A stretch of DNA of 34,040 bases, taken from UHGV virus genome UHGV-0159305; one strand, 5' to 3'. The stretch is from a virus. The notes under the pieces were generated by a model, which saw nothing but the letters and a program-made list of their open reading frames with translations, was not told the origin of the DNA and ran no database searches. Of the stretch, positions 1-9,448 are shown piece by piece; the first letter of the stretch is position 1; the number at the start of each line of letters is the position of its first letter. A program made the position numbers and the translations under genes.

Positions 1-74
1 GGCGTCACCCTGCGTGACTCCGGCGGGGGTAAGCACGCCCAGTGATACACTGAGCACGTTGTAGTTCAGGGGCT

Positions 75-106
75 GGCGGCCCGGGTCGGTGAGGGCCCGG
101 GCCGCC
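75..106. other. GC-only stem-loop (11-bp perfect inverted repeat GGCGGCCCGGG / CCCGGGCCGCC, 10-nt loop) immediately upstream of the terminase small subunit
   Basis: Read directly from the sequence. It is followed by the RBS GGGAAGGA and the ATG at 132. It could be a terminator of the upstream (lysis) genes or part of the packaging-site region. Confidence 0.4.
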
Positions 107-131
107 AGTTGCATTCAGGGAAGGATGTCGG

Positions 132-491
132 ATGGCAGACCGCAAACCGCCGGCACGGCTCAGCAAGTCAGCTCGAGCCCTTTGGGATGGCGTCACATCC
201 AAGTGGGATCTCCGTCCTGACGAGTTGCGTGTCCTCGAGGATGCGTGCCGTGAAGCATCCCTCGTCGATAGGATTGAACGGGAGCTCGGCTCCGACCTGC
301 TCACCCCGGGGTCCACAGGGCAAGTGCGAGCTCACCCGCTGCTCGGTGAAGTCCGCCAGCACCGCGTCGCCATGTCGCAGCTGCTGTCCCGCCTGAACCT
401 CCCCGACGCGGACGCTGAAGGTCGTGCGCAGGATGCCCGCACCCAGCATGCGCGACTCGCTGCGGTCGCCCGCTGGGGCGAGGCCCAGTAA
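132..491 (+). CDS. terminase small subunit (P27-family-like)
   Basis: 119-aa ORF directly upstream of, and overlapping (TAATG), the large terminase. The N-terminus (RLSKSARALWDGVTSKWDLRPDEL...LLT) resembles the P27-family phage TerS. RBS GGGAAGGA lies 6 nt before the ATG. Confidence 0.55.
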   Translation: MADRKPPARLSKSARALWDGVTSKWDLRPDELRVLEDACREASLVDRIERELGSDLLTPGSTGQVRAHPLLGEVRQHRVAMSQLLSRLNLPDADAEGRAQDARTQHARLAAVARWGEAQ

Positions 492-2233
492 TGGCCCGCG
501 CCCGGCAGGCCCCGGTCGTGTCGGACGACGAAATCGAACGGCGCGCGATCCGCGGCTACTACCAGCGCCTCCTCGCCGGCGGCACGCCACTGCCTGAGGG
601 TGCGCCCGTCGACGTTGTCGGCCCCGTCTGGTCCCGCCAAGAAGGGGCCTGGGAGCTCCCAGAGCGGACTATCGCCCTGGACGCGATGACATGGGCGTCC
701 CAGTGGCTGCGAGGCCCTGACGGGGGCCCGTGGAGGTTCACCGCCGAGCAGGCCCGCTTCCTCGCTTGGTACTACGCGGTCAACGAGACAGGCACATTCT
801 GCACGCCCACCGTCGTCCTGCAGCGCTGCAAGGGGTGGGGCAAGGACCCGCTCGCCGCCGTTGTGGCCTTGATCGCCCTGTGCGGGCCGTCTGTGCCCGC
901 GTCAGACGACGGCGGCGACACGTGGCACGGCCGGCCCGAAACGGACCCGTGGATCCGCCTGCTCGCCGTGTCCCAGGAGCAGACCCGCACCACGATGGGG
1001 AACATGCCGGCTCTGCTGCCACAGGAAACCCGCGAACACTACGCCCTGCACGTCGGCGCCGGCGGCGTGTCGCACAAGGACGGGTCCGCGGGAGTCATCG
1101 TCCCGATCACGTCCAACCCCGCCGCAGCCGAAGGTGCACGCGCCACCCTCACCGTCTGCACCGAAACGCAGAACTGGACCGCCTCCAACAACGGCATCGC
1201 CATGATGGGTGTCGTCCGCGGTGACGCCGCCAAGTCCCCGAAAGAACGCCAGGCCCGCGTCCTGCACCTGTGCAACGCGGCCCGCTCCGGTGTCGAGTCG
1301 GTCGGCCTAGCCGTCCGCGAAGCCCACGAACAAGGCCGCGACGCCGAGGCTGGCATCCTCTATGACTCACTCGAAGCCGACGCCACTGCCCAGCTCACCT
1401 ATGAAGCCGCCCCGGAGGTCGTGGGGGCGGTCCGCGGTGACGCCACCTGGCTGGTCCCAGACCGCATCATCCAAGACATCATGGACCCGTCCACGCCGCC
1501 GTCCGAGTCCAGGCGGAAGTGGTACAACCAGGTCGTTGCTGCCGACACCGCTTGGCTGGAACGGTCCGACTGGGACGCCTGCCTCGACAAGGACCTACCC
1601 GAACTCGACCCGGGCGACGAAGTCGCTGCGTTCTTCGATGGCGGCAAGTCCGACGACGCCACCGCCTGTGTGGCCGTGCGCATCTCTGACGGCGCCCCGT
1701 TCGTAGTCGGACTGTGGCAGCGGCCGCCGGACGCCCGTGCCCACGGGTGGGTCGCCCCCAGGGAGCGCATCGACACCGAGGTGCGCGACTTCGTTGAACA
1801 CCACAACGTGGTCGGCCTGTGGGCGGACCCGTCCCACGCCCTGGACGATGTCACTATGGAGCGTTTCTGGGACGGCATCGTAGACGGCTGGCACCAGGAC
1901 TACGGCCGGCGCCTCCCCCTGAAGGCGTCCCCGCAGCACGCCGTCAACTGGGACATGTCCGACCCGAAACACCACAAACAGTTCGTGTACGCCGCCCAGG
2001 CGCTCACCTCCGAGATCGACGCCCGACAGTTCGTCCATGACGGCGACCCGAGACTCCGCGCCCACGCACTCCACGCCGTCCGCTACCCCACCAAATGGGG
2101 CGTCTCAATCAGCAAAGACCACCGCGAATCCCGACGGAAGATTGACCTTGCTGTGTGTCTCATCGCGGCACGTATGATGAGGGCTGTATACCGCAACGGG
2201 CGCCGCAACCGATCGCGAGGGAAGATATGGTGA
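491..2233 (+). CDS. terL: terminase large subunit
   Basis: 580-aa ORF at the head of the structural module. It has an ATPase N-terminal half and a nuclease-like C-terminal half (acidic motifs such as FFDGGKSDDATACVAV). It is followed by the portal gene. Confidence 0.8.
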   Translation: MARARQAPVVSDDEIERRAIRGYYQRLLAGGTPLPEGAPVDVVGPVWSRQEGAWELPERTIALDAMTWASQWLRGPDGGPWRFTAEQARFLAWYYAVNETGTFCTPTVVLQRCKGWGKDPLAAVVALIALCGPSVPASDDGGDTWHGRPETDPWIRLLAVSQEQTRTTMGNMPALLPQETREHYALHVGAGGVSHKDGSAGVIVPITSNPAAAEGARATLTVCTETQNWTASNNGIAMMGVVRGDAAKSPKERQARVLHLCNAARSGVESVGLAVREAHEQGRDAEAGILYDSLEADATAQLTYEAAPEVVGAVRGDATWLVPDRIIQDIMDPSTPPSESRRKWYNQVVAADTAWLERSDWDACLDKDLPELDPGDEVAAFFDGGKSDDATACVAVRISDGAPFVVGLWQRPPDARAHGWVAPRERIDTEVRDFVEHHNVVGLWADPSHALDDVTMERFWDGIVDGWHQDYGRRLPLKASPQHAVNWDMSDPKHHKQFVYAAQALTSEIDARQFVHDGDPRLRAHALHAVRYPTKWGVSISKDHRESRRKIDLAVCLIAARMMRAVYRNGRRNRSRGKIW

Positions 2234-3600
2234 ACAACGGTAAGACGACCGTCCCCGGACCGTGGGACAGGCTCGTCAGCAACCACACGGAGGAGCTGGC
2301 CTGGACGCGTCAGCGCCGCGAAGATGTCGCCCCCCTCGCCGACCCGCACGGGCGGATGTTCGGCCTCGCCGACATTGACGGCGGCAGCAAGAACGAGGAA
2401 CGCCGCCGGCTCCGGCAGCTGTCCCTCGGGCCGACACTTGGCCTGCTCGTAGACACGCTCGCCCGGCAGCTGCTCTGCGACGGCGTGTCCCGCTCCGGGC
2501 TCACGGGGGACGCGGACGACAACGCCGACAGTCTGCACGCCATGTGGGAGCCGTGGGAGTACGCCGGGATGCCCACCAAGCAGACTGCCCTGTATCGGGA
2601 ATCCCTCATCGATGGTGTCGCCTACGTGGTTGCACTGCCCGGCCGCCCGCAGCCGCGGCTCCTGCCGCTCCCCTCGTCCCGCGTCGCATGCGGATGGGGT
2701 GGCGACCCGTCCGCTGAGTGGCCCACCGAGGTCGCTCTCCTGGACGGCGCCGGCAACCCCTGGCTGTACATTGACGACGGCGAAGTGGTCGACCCGAAGA
2801 CCGGCGAGATCACCGCCACTCACCCCGCCGGCGTGTGCCCTGTCGTCCGGTTCGCCCCCTACCAGGACCTCGCGGGCGCCTGCCCCGGCCTTGTGGACCG
2901 GCTCCGCCCCGCCGCCCGCAGGTACGTGAAGACCGTCAACGACAGGCTCCTCGTCCAGCACAACAACTCCTGGCGTGTCCGCACCGCCACCGGCCTCACC
3001 GACCCCGGCTCCCCCGAGGAAGCTGAGCGGCAGAAGGCGATCCTCGAGCACGCCGACATCCTCACCGGGGGCGAAGGCGTCCAGTTCGGCTCCCTGCCCG
3101 AAACCACTATGTCCTCCCTGCTCGACGCAGAGCGCGCCGATCTCGGCACGCTCGCTGCCCTTGCGTCCGTCCCATCCTGGGCGCTGTCCGGGTCACAGCT
3201 CGTGAACCTGTCCGCCGACGCGCTCGCCGAAGCTAAGAGCGCGGAACGCACCCACGTGGACGCCATCCAGCGGGCCTACGGTCGATCCATCGCGTCACTG
3301 CTGCGCCTCGCACAGGCGCAGGCTGGCCGGCGCGACCTCGCTGCCGACTACTCCCTCCGCATTGACTGGCGGGACACGGAAGCCCGCTCCCTGTCTCAGG
3401 CGGCCGACGCACTCGGCAAGCTCACGCAGTCGCTCGGCGTCCCTGCCGAACTGCTCTGGCAGCGCATCCCCGGCGTGTCGCCGCAGGAAGCCGATGAATG
3501 GCGGCAGTGGGCCGACCAGCACCCCGACGCCCTCACTCAGTACGCGCAAGCCCTCACCCCCAACCAGGGCGAAGGGGCCGACAACCCGCTGAAGGCCTGA
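2227..3600 (+). CDS. portal protein
   Basis: The ORF-track ORF 2155..3600 was trimmed to the ATG at 2227, which is preceded by AGGGAAG and overlaps the terL stop (ATGGTGA). Its ~457-aa size and its position between terminase and MuF/scaffold are typical of a portal. Confidence 0.75.
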   Translation: MVNNGKTTVPGPWDRLVSNHTEELAWTRQRREDVAPLADPHGRMFGLADIDGGSKNEERRRLRQLSLGPTLGLLVDTLARQLLCDGVSRSGLTGDADDNADSLHAMWEPWEYAGMPTKQTALYRESLIDGVAYVVALPGRPQPRLLPLPSSRVACGWGGDPSAEWPTEVALLDGAGNPWLYIDDGEVVDPKTGEITATHPAGVCPVVRFAPYQDLAGACPGLVDRLRPAARRYVKTVNDRLLVQHNNSWRVRTATGLTDPGSPEEAERQKAILEHADILTGGEGVQFGSLPETTMSSLLDAERADLGTLAALASVPSWALSGSQLVNLSADALAEAKSAERTHVDAIQRAYGRSIASLLRLAQAQAGRRDLAADYSLRIDWRDTEARSLSQAADALGKLTQSLGVPAELLWQRIPGVSPQEADEWRQWADQHPDALTQYAQALTPNQGEGADNPLKA

Positions 3601-3601
3601 C

Positions 3602-4372
3602 ATGCGGTGGGGAGCCGCCGCGGTCACCCTGTCTCACCAGCGGTCCATGACGCCGCTCGCCCAGGCGATCGCTGACGCCGCCCAGGAAGACGTCGACCGC
3701 CTCCGCGGCGGCGGCAGCATCGCAGAACGAGCTTTCATGGACGCCGCCCTCCGCCGTCAAGCCGCCGCTCGCCGGGCCGTAGACGCCGAGACAAGCCGGT
3801 ATCTGTCTCGCTACCAGACCGCGTCCGGGCTGCACATCACCCAGGACCTCGCCGGTGACGCCATGGAGGCCCGCGAGGTTGAAGTCATGACCCTGTCTGG
3901 TCCGGTCACCCGCAGGGTCGCGATCCGCGCCGGCGCGTCCGAAGCGGAAGCGCTCGCCCTCGCCCGCAAGCGGATGGGGATTGCCGCCGGGAAGCTCGCC
4001 CGTGACCGCGACCGGCTATCGGTCATCCGGTCAGCACGGAAATCCAAGCTCCGCGCCCGGCGCGTTGTCGTTGGGAAAACCTGTGCGTTCTGCTCCATGC
4101 TCGCCGCCCGCGGGCCCGTCTACACGCCGGAAACCGCGGCATTCCAGTCCCATCCGCACTGCGACTGCACGTACGAGATCAGCGACCAGACCCCGAAACA
4201 GTGGCTGCGGTCCAGTGCGACCAGCCATGAGGAAGCAATCTCAGACGCCTACGACCAAGCTGCAGAAGCCACCAAAGACATGAGCGACGGCAAAGCCCGC
4301 CGGCGGGAAATCCTCGAACACATGCGCCGACAGAACCCAGGCCTGTTCACCGACGGAATCCCCGGGAAGTGA
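3602..4372 (+). CDS. MuF-like head morphogenesis / minor capsid protein
   Basis: 256-aa ORF directly after the portal. Its C-terminal motif, KTCAFCS...HPHCDCTY, matches the HPNCRC-type ending of Phage_Mu_F / SPP1 gp7-family domains. Confidence 0.55.
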   Translation: MRWGAAAVTLSHQRSMTPLAQAIADAAQEDVDRLRGGGSIAERAFMDAALRRQAAARRAVDAETSRYLSRYQTASGLHITQDLAGDAMEAREVEVMTLSGPVTRRVAIRAGASEAEALALARKRMGIAAGKLARDRDRLSVIRSARKSKLRARRVVVGKTCAFCSMLAARGPVYTPETAAFQSHPHCDCTYEISDQTPKQWLRSSATSHEEAISDAYDQAAEATKDMSDGKARRREILEHMRRQNPGLFTDGIPGK

Positions 4373-4415
4373 TATAGACTGTGGGCGTCTCACAGAAACC
4401 ATGAGAGGAGGCCGC

Positions 4416-5021
4416 ATGGCTGACCGTCCTGGTCGCCCCGAAGAGGACGACACGAAGACCAGCGATGCGTCGCCCGTCCCCGCCGGTCAGGAGGACGCTG
4501 CGAAGCCCGCGGCTGCCCCCAAGGCGGCCAACGAGAGTGACGCCACGAACCCGCAGACTGACCGCGCTGCCGCGGACACGGAGGAGAAGCCCGAGCCGAC
4601 CGGCTCGGACAAGCCCGCCAGCCCCGCCGACGCCGACACGGCCAAGCCTGCAACCGCCCCTTCCTCCGCCGAGGCCGCCGAGGAGCCCGAAGCCGACGAC
4701 AAGGCCGGCGCGCAGCCCTCCGCCGCGCCGGCGGAGCCTGCCGTTGATTGGGAAGCTCGCGCTACCAGCGCCGAGAAGGAGCTCGCCGACCTGAAGCTGA
4801 AGGTCGCCGCCCAGAACGCCGCCGCCGAAGCCGGACTGCCCCCCGAGGCCGCCCAGTTCCTCCGCGGCGACAACGACGAAGAGATCAAGGCGGCCGCCGA
4901 AACGCTCGCCTCCCTCATCGCCCCCACCAGCCCCCTCGACCGGAACCCCGTCCCCCGTGGGCAGGAGCCGGACGACCGACCCGACCTCGCCACCATCGGT
5001 GCGAGGCTGTTCCGCAACTGA
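4416..5021 (+). CDS. capsid scaffolding protein
   Basis: The ORF track begins at 4401. The start was trimmed to the ATG at 4416, 4 nt after the RBS GAGAGGAGG. The protein is acidic, Ala/Pro/Glu-rich, with a coiled-coil C-terminal half, and lies immediately upstream of the major capsid gene. Confidence 0.65.
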   Translation: MADRPGRPEEDDTKTSDASPVPAGQEDAAKPAAAPKAANESDATNPQTDRAAADTEEKPEPTGSDKPASPADADTAKPATAPSSAEAAEEPEADDKAGAQPSAAPAEPAVDWEARATSAEKELADLKLKVAAQNAAAEAGLPPEAAQFLRGDNDEEIKAAAETLASLIAPTSPLDRNPVPRGQEPDDRPDLATIGARLFRN

Positions 5022-5039
5022 GCACCGAAAGGAAACCCA

Positions 5040-5969
5040 ATGGCTAACTTCGCAACCCCGGCCGTAAAGGTCGCCGAGTCGTCTGTCGCGGCTCTCCGTT
5101 ACCTGTCCGTCCTGCCCCGCACCATCAACCGCGACGCCGAGGCCGCCTACTCCGCTGGCTTCGGCACCACCGTTAACGTGCCGCTGCCCGTCAAGGCTGT
5201 CGCTAACGAGCTGTCCGCCGCCCAGCGGGCCAGCCGCACCGGGATCACCTACAACGACCTGACTCGCACGTACGTGCCCGTCACTCTTGACACGCAGATC
5301 TACTCCGCGGTCCGCCTGCCCTCCGACTGGCAGACCTGGACCCTGCAGGACTTCGAGAACGAGGTCGTCAAGCCCCAGGCACAGGCCGTCGTTGACATCC
5401 TGCCCGTCAAGATCGCGAAGCTGATGGAGCAGATTAATGCTCCCCAGGACTCCGACCCGAACGCTGCTCCCGTCGCCGTGACTGACGCGAAGGCCACGAA
5501 GCTGAAGGCTGACGGCTCCAACCTGTTCAACGTTCTTGCTCGCCTGACCCGCGTTCTCAACGCCCGCCAGGTCCCGTTCGACAATCGCTACCTGGCTGTC
5601 GGCCCGGCTGTCGGTGAGATCCTCCACGCGAACAAGGACCTGGCCAACGCCGCCTTCTCCGCCGACCAGGGCGACCTGCTTCACGAGGCCACCATTGGTC
5701 GCCTGTTCGGCCTGACCGTCGTCGAGGACCCGCGCCTCCCGCAGGCCCGCGCGATCGCCTACCAGAAGGACGCGTTCACCATGGCGCTGCGCGCCGCCGA
5801 CGTTCCGCTCGGCGCTTCGTTTGGCGCCAGCCACGCCGAGGACGGGTTCGCTATCCGTCAGATCGCCGACTACGACCCCGACCACACTGAGGACCGTTCC
5901 GTGCTCGACGCCTACTTCGGCGCCGCTGTCATGGACGCCCAGCGTGCGGTCGCCGTTGCGATCGGCTGA
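5040..5969 (+). CDS. major capsid protein
   Basis: 309-aa ORF after the scaffold gene, with RBS GAAAGGAAA. Codon usage is high-GC3 and consistent with strong expression. Size and position are typical of an HK97-fold major capsid protein. Confidence 0.75.
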   Translation: MANFATPAVKVAESSVAALRYLSVLPRTINRDAEAAYSAGFGTTVNVPLPVKAVANELSAAQRASRTGITYNDLTRTYVPVTLDTQIYSAVRLPSDWQTWTLQDFENEVVKPQAQAVVDILPVKIAKLMEQINAPQDSDPNAAPVAVTDAKATKLKADGSNLFNVLARLTRVLNARQVPFDNRYLAVGPAVGEILHANKDLANAAFSADQGDLLHEATIGRLFGLTVVEDPRLPQARAIAYQKDAFTMALRAADVPLGASFGASHAEDGFAIRQIADYDPDHTEDRSVLDAYFGAAVMDAQRAVAVAIG

Positions 5970-5977
5970 CATCAGCC

Positions 5978-6421
5978 ATGGCGAGTGAACCGCTCGCCCC
6001 GGTCGGCCTCCTCAGTGAGTGGCTCGGTGAGCCCATCACCGAGGAGGCCGATGTCAGTAGGGCGAAGATGTTGCTCCGGCGGGCCTCCACGATCGTCATC
6101 GAGGAGGCCGGCCGGCTCGCCCACCCGTGGACCGCTGCCGATGTCCCTGACGGCGTCCAACAGATCGTCCTGTCCTGTGCCGGGCGTGCGTACACGAATC
6201 CAGAGTCGTGGAACTACGAACGGCTGGACGACTGGATGGGCGGCGGCCGGCCAGTCCCCGAGGACGGCCTGTACCTGACCCCCACCGAACGGCGGTCCCT
6301 GCTGCTGTACGCAGAGGACGGACGCCCCAAGGGCATCGGCATAATGCGCACGACCCGCCCCGTGTGGCCGCCTGTCGGCTACGACGACGGCTGGGTCCGG
6401 TACATCCGGGAGAACGGCTGA
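5978..6421 (+). CDS. head-tail connector / adaptor (gp6-like)
   Basis: 147-aa ORF. The N-terminus (LAPVGLLSEWLGEPITEEAD..) is typical of gp6-like head-tail connector proteins. Confidence 0.55.
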   Translation: MASEPLAPVGLLSEWLGEPITEEADVSRAKMLLRRASTIVIEEAGRLAHPWTAADVPDGVQQIVLSCAGRAYTNPESWNYERLDDWMGGGRPVPEDGLYLTPTERRSLLLYAEDGRPKGIGIMRTTRPVWPPVGYDDGWVRYIRENG

Positions 6422-6792
6422 TGGCCCGGCCGAACATGCGCCGCCGTCGCGCGAACTGGCTGATGACAGACACGTGCGTGATCGACCGGCCGACCGGGTC
6501 CATGAACTGGAACCCGGACAAGAAGCGCGACGAGCCGACCCTGGAGCGTGTCTACGAAGGCAAGTGCAGGCTCCGGCAGCAGACGTCGTACGGGACAGCC
6601 CCGACCACTGGCGGTCACACGTACGAGCTGCAGCAGACGGAACTGCACGTCCCCTACGGCGTGTCGTACGAGGCTGCTGTCGGCGATGTCGCGACCGTGA
6701 CCGGCTACCGGTACCCGTTCCGTGTCCGGAGTCTGATCAACCAGACTCACCGGACAGCGAACCGGATGCTCGTAGACGCGGAGACCAACTGA
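6421..6792 (+). CDS. head closure / head-tail joining protein
   Basis: In-frame trim of ORF 6208..6792 to the ATG at 6421, which overlaps the upstream stop (TGATG). The 123-aa size and position suit a head closure protein. Confidence 0.5.
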   Translation: MARPNMRRRRANWLMTDTCVIDRPTGSMNWNPDKKRDEPTLERVYEGKCRLRQQTSYGTAPTTGGHTYELQQTELHVPYGVSYEAAVGDVATVTGYRYPFRVRSLINQTHRTANRMLVDAETN

Positions 6793-7169
6793 TGCCAGTC
6801 GACGTGTCCCAGCTGATGACGTTGGCCGCCGACTTCGCGTCCGCGGAGGAGGCCGGCCAGGCCGTCAAGGTTGGCGTGCAGAACGCGCTCGACGGCGCGA
6901 AGCAGCGCGCCCGCGACGCCTACAAGGGGTTCCCCAACAAGGGCATCGCGAAGGTCGGGGAGACATTCTCCTACGACTCGAAGGCGTCCGGCGGTGTCGT
7001 CCAGGCCGAGTTCGGCCCCACCAAGCCGAAGGGAGCCCTTGCGAACATCGCGATCTGGGGCACGTCCCGCGGCGGTGGCGGCCTTCCGCACCCGGCCGAC
7101 TTCATGGACGACAAAGTCACCTCGGAGATCGCCGACACGCTCGATGAGATAGTGAGGAAACTCGGATGA
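6792..7169 (+). CDS. HK97 gp10-family tail component (neck protein)
   Basis: In-frame trim of ORF 6474..7169 to the ATG at 6792 (TGATG overlap). The 125-aa size and its position between the head closure protein and the tail terminator support the call. Confidence 0.5.
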   Translation: MPVDVSQLMTLAADFASAEEAGQAVKVGVQNALDGAKQRARDAYKGFPNKGIAKVGETFSYDSKASGGVVQAEFGPTKPKGALANIAIWGTSRGGGGLPHPADFMDDKVTSEIADTLDEIVRKLG

Positions 7170-7588
7170 TACGCGTATCCCCGTTCGTGAAAGCGGTGGA
7201 GAAGGCCTGTCGCGAACGCTGCCGGTACACCGTGTACCTCGGCGAAGTCACGGCCGCCCGGCCCGACATGCCGTACATCCTCGTGAAGCTCCCCACCGTC
7301 AACATGGGTAACGGAGAGGCCCTCGACGGGCAGCTGCGGGAGCTTGCATACCTGCAGCCGATCACCGTGGTTGCCGGCACCGCCGACCGGCTCCTGGCCG
7401 TCCTCGACGACGTCCGCGGCGCCCTCGAAGGGTACGAACTGCGAGTCGGGGCCCAGTACGTGGAGCCCCTCAGGCTGTCGTACTCGTCTGGCATGTTCCG
7501 CGACGACCAGGTTGACCTACCCGAGAAAGGCCACCCGTTCTACGCGGTAGACATGTGGCAGATCCGGGCCGTCAACCGGAACAACTGA
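7166..7588 (+). CDS. tail terminator / tail completion protein
   Basis: 140-aa ORF that overlaps the upstream gene by ATGA. It sits directly upstream of the major tail protein. Confidence 0.5.
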   Translation: MIRVSPFVKAVEKACRERCRYTVYLGEVTAARPDMPYILVKLPTVNMGNGEALDGQLRELAYLQPITVVAGTADRLLAVLDDVRGALEGYELRVGAQYVEPLRLSYSSGMFRDDQVDLPEKGHPFYAVDMWQIRAVNRNN

Positions 7589-7654
7589 CCTACAACACCT
7601 ATACTGAAACCAAGTCTGGTACGCCCGCCAGAGTGCGGGAGAGAGGAAAACCCC

Positions 7655-8443
7655 ATGGGAACTTCAGTCCGCACCCTGGCCGACGGCCGCATTTCCGTCG
7701 TTGCCCTGGATGCCGCCCACAAGGCCGCAGACCCCAAGAACCCCTCCGTTGACGAGCTGAACGCCGGGCAGCGCCTCGAGATGTACGTCATGAAGTCGGA
7801 CTACAAGCTCGGCTCGAAGGGCAGCACGTCCGTCGAGGAGCCCGTCCTCGGCGCGCAGGGTAAGGGCACCGTCCCCGGCCCCGCCGAGTACGAGGGGCAG
7901 ATGTCCGTCTACTGGTACTTCGACGACAACGGCCAGTACGCGAACTCCGACGACAACAAGGCCTGGGAGCTGCTCTGCCAGACCGGCCGTGAGTTCGACA
8001 TTTACGAGCGCGAAGGCAAGCTGCCGACCGCCCCGTTCGCCGCCGGCGACCGTGTCGACTGGTACCACGTCGCCCCCGGCCAGCCGCAGAAGCCGGACGA
8101 CAGGACCACGTACACGAAGCGCACGATCAGCCTGTTCATCTCGGACGCCCTGGAGAACAGCATCGTTCTGGGCGGTGGCGCCACCGCCGCGCCGGTCATC
8201 TCGTCGATCGACCCGCAGAACAAGAAGGCCGGCGACACGGTCATGATTTCCGGCTCCAACTTCATTGGCGTGTCGTCCGTTACCTGCACGGTTGGCGGGA
8301 AGACCGCCCCTGTCGCGTCGTACACGGTTGTTTCCCCGACCGCGATCACCGCGACCCTGCCGCAGGGCGTGCAGACCGGCAACTTCATCGTCACGAACGG
8401 GAAGGGCGCCTCTGGCGGCTTCCGTTACACGGTCGGCGTCTGA
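7655..8443 (+). CDS. major tail protein with C-terminal Ig-like (IPT/TIG or Big_2-like) domain
   Basis: 262-aa ORF with RBS GAGAGGAAAA. The C-terminal ~80 aa (PVISSIDPQNKKAGDTVMISGSNF...VVSPTAITATLP) is a typical Ig-like decoration domain. A strong hairpin terminator follows. Confidence 0.75.
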   Translation: MGTSVRTLADGRISVVALDAAHKAADPKNPSVDELNAGQRLEMYVMKSDYKLGSKGSTSVEEPVLGAQGKGTVPGPAEYEGQMSVYWYFDDNGQYANSDDNKAWELLCQTGREFDIYEREGKLPTAPFAAGDRVDWYHVAPGQPQKPDDRTTYTKRTISLFISDALENSIVLGGGATAAPVISSIDPQNKKAGDTVMISGSNFIGVSSVTCTVGGKTAPVASYTVVSPTAITATLPQGVQTGNFIVTNGKGASGGFRYTVGV

Positions 8444-8457
8444 CGGTAGACTGGCCC

Positions 8458-8503
8458 GAAGGGCCCCGCGACTGGCGTGCGGTCTCCAGTCGCGGGGCCC
8501 TTC
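8458..8503 (+). terminator. stem-loop terminator after the major tail gene (18-bp perfect stem GAAGGGCCCCGCGACTGG / CCAGTCGCGGGGCCCTTC, 10-nt loop)
   Basis: Perfect inverted repeat read directly from the sequence, 15 nt after the stop codon. It has no U-tract, as is common in high-GC actinobacteria. Confidence 0.7.
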
Positions 8504-8540
8504 CATATGACCGCAGTAGACCGCACGAAGGGGACACGTT

Positions 8541-9080
8541 GTGACTGACACGTCCGCTATCACCGACACCAACCCGGTCGACGCTACCAACGGCAACGAC
8601 ACGCCGGAGAAGTTCGACCTGGCCTCCTGGATCAATGGATTCCAGCCGACCCGGAAGTCCTGCGTCCTGTACGGCCGCACCGACCTGCTCGCCACCATTG
8701 ACAGGCTTGACGCCGAAGCCTCCCTGCCGGGCCTGGATGGTGAGGAGAAGCGACGGATCCTGAACGAGGCGAACGCCACCCTTGATGAGCTGAAGGCGTC
8801 GGGCGTTGAGTTCGTCGTCCAGACGCTGTCCATTCATGCGCAGAAGCGGCTCGTGGATGAGCTGCGCGAGCAGTACGGCGCCGACGGCGAGAAGATCACC
8901 CACGAGATGGAGTGCGCGTTCATTGCTGCGCACATCGTGGAGCCGACCGGCGTCACCGCGGACGACATCGCCCGCCTGTACGACGCATCCCCCGCCCAGG
9001 TGGAGAAGCTGTCCAAGACGATCCGCGCCGTCGACATCTCCGAACCCACCATCACGGCCCCTTTCTCGTCCAAGTCCTGA
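8541..9080 (+). CDS. tail assembly chaperone (G-like)
   Basis: 179-aa ORF between the major tail protein and the tape measure, with a GTG start after GAAGGGGA. It ends just after the slippery heptamer. Confidence 0.7.
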   Translation: MTDTSAITDTNPVDATNGNDTPEKFDLASWINGFQPTRKSCVLYGRTDLLATIDRLDAEASLPGLDGEEKRRILNEANATLDELKASGVEFVVQTLSIHAQKRLVDELREQYGADGEKITHEMECAFIAAHIVEPTGVTADDIARLYDASPAQVEKLSKTIRAVDISEPTITAPFSSKS

Positions 9081-9448
9081 ACGGCCCCGCAGGACGGTGG
9101 ATCGCGTCCCAGGTGAAGCATGCGCTCGCCTGGGGGAAGCCGCCAACGGGGCTGCTCCGCCACTCTGGCGAGTGGTTGGAGGAGGACTACATCCTGGCTT
9201 CCGCGTACTCCATGTGGGAGGACGGCCTGTGCCCGTGCGGGTGCGGCTACCCGCGTGACGTCGCCTGGGACGAAGGCATGGACGGCTGGTTCGAAGCCCG
9301 CGAGGAAGTCTGCTACGCGAAAGCGGCCCGCGAACAGTGGGAGAACGAGCACTCCGAACGGAACAAGGACGGATCACTCCGCTACCCCCCGAAGCTCGGG
9401 TCCATGCTGTACGTCGCGGACGCCCGGGTAGAATTGCGGGCAGATTAG
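8541..9448 (+). CDS. tail assembly chaperone GT fusion produced by -1 programmed ribosomal frameshift at 9059..9065
   Basis: The ORF-track ORF 8912..9448 (frame -1 relative to G) reads ...FLVQVLNGPAGRW... exactly as predicted when CCC.UUU is re-paired after slipping on C_CCU_UUC. The extension ends 14 nt before the tape measure RBS. Confidence 0.65.
9059..9065 (+). other. -1 PRF slippery heptamer CCCTTTC (X_XXY_YYZ in the G reading frame)
   Basis: Codons gcC CCT TTC of the G frame are followed by an inverted repeat GTCCTG(9073-9078)...CAGGAC(9090-9095), which could form a stimulatory hairpin. Confidence 0.6.

Noticed and set aside
2155-2226. Upstream extension of the portal ORF (track start 2155) overlapping the terL 3' end by 79 nt
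   Set aside because: An in-frame ATG at 2227 is preceded by AGGGAAG and overlaps the terL stop by ATGGTGA coupling. The longer form has no RBS.
4347-5972. 541-aa minus-strand ORF antisense to the scaffold and major-capsid genes (and similar long antisense ORFs at 7664..8833, 10137..11255, 12057..13199 and 28370..29461)
   Set aside because: These are typical high-GC shadow ORFs. They have Gly/Arg/Val/Pro-rich low-complexity translations and no RBS. They lie antisense to well-supported, RBS-preceded genes with coherent module order.
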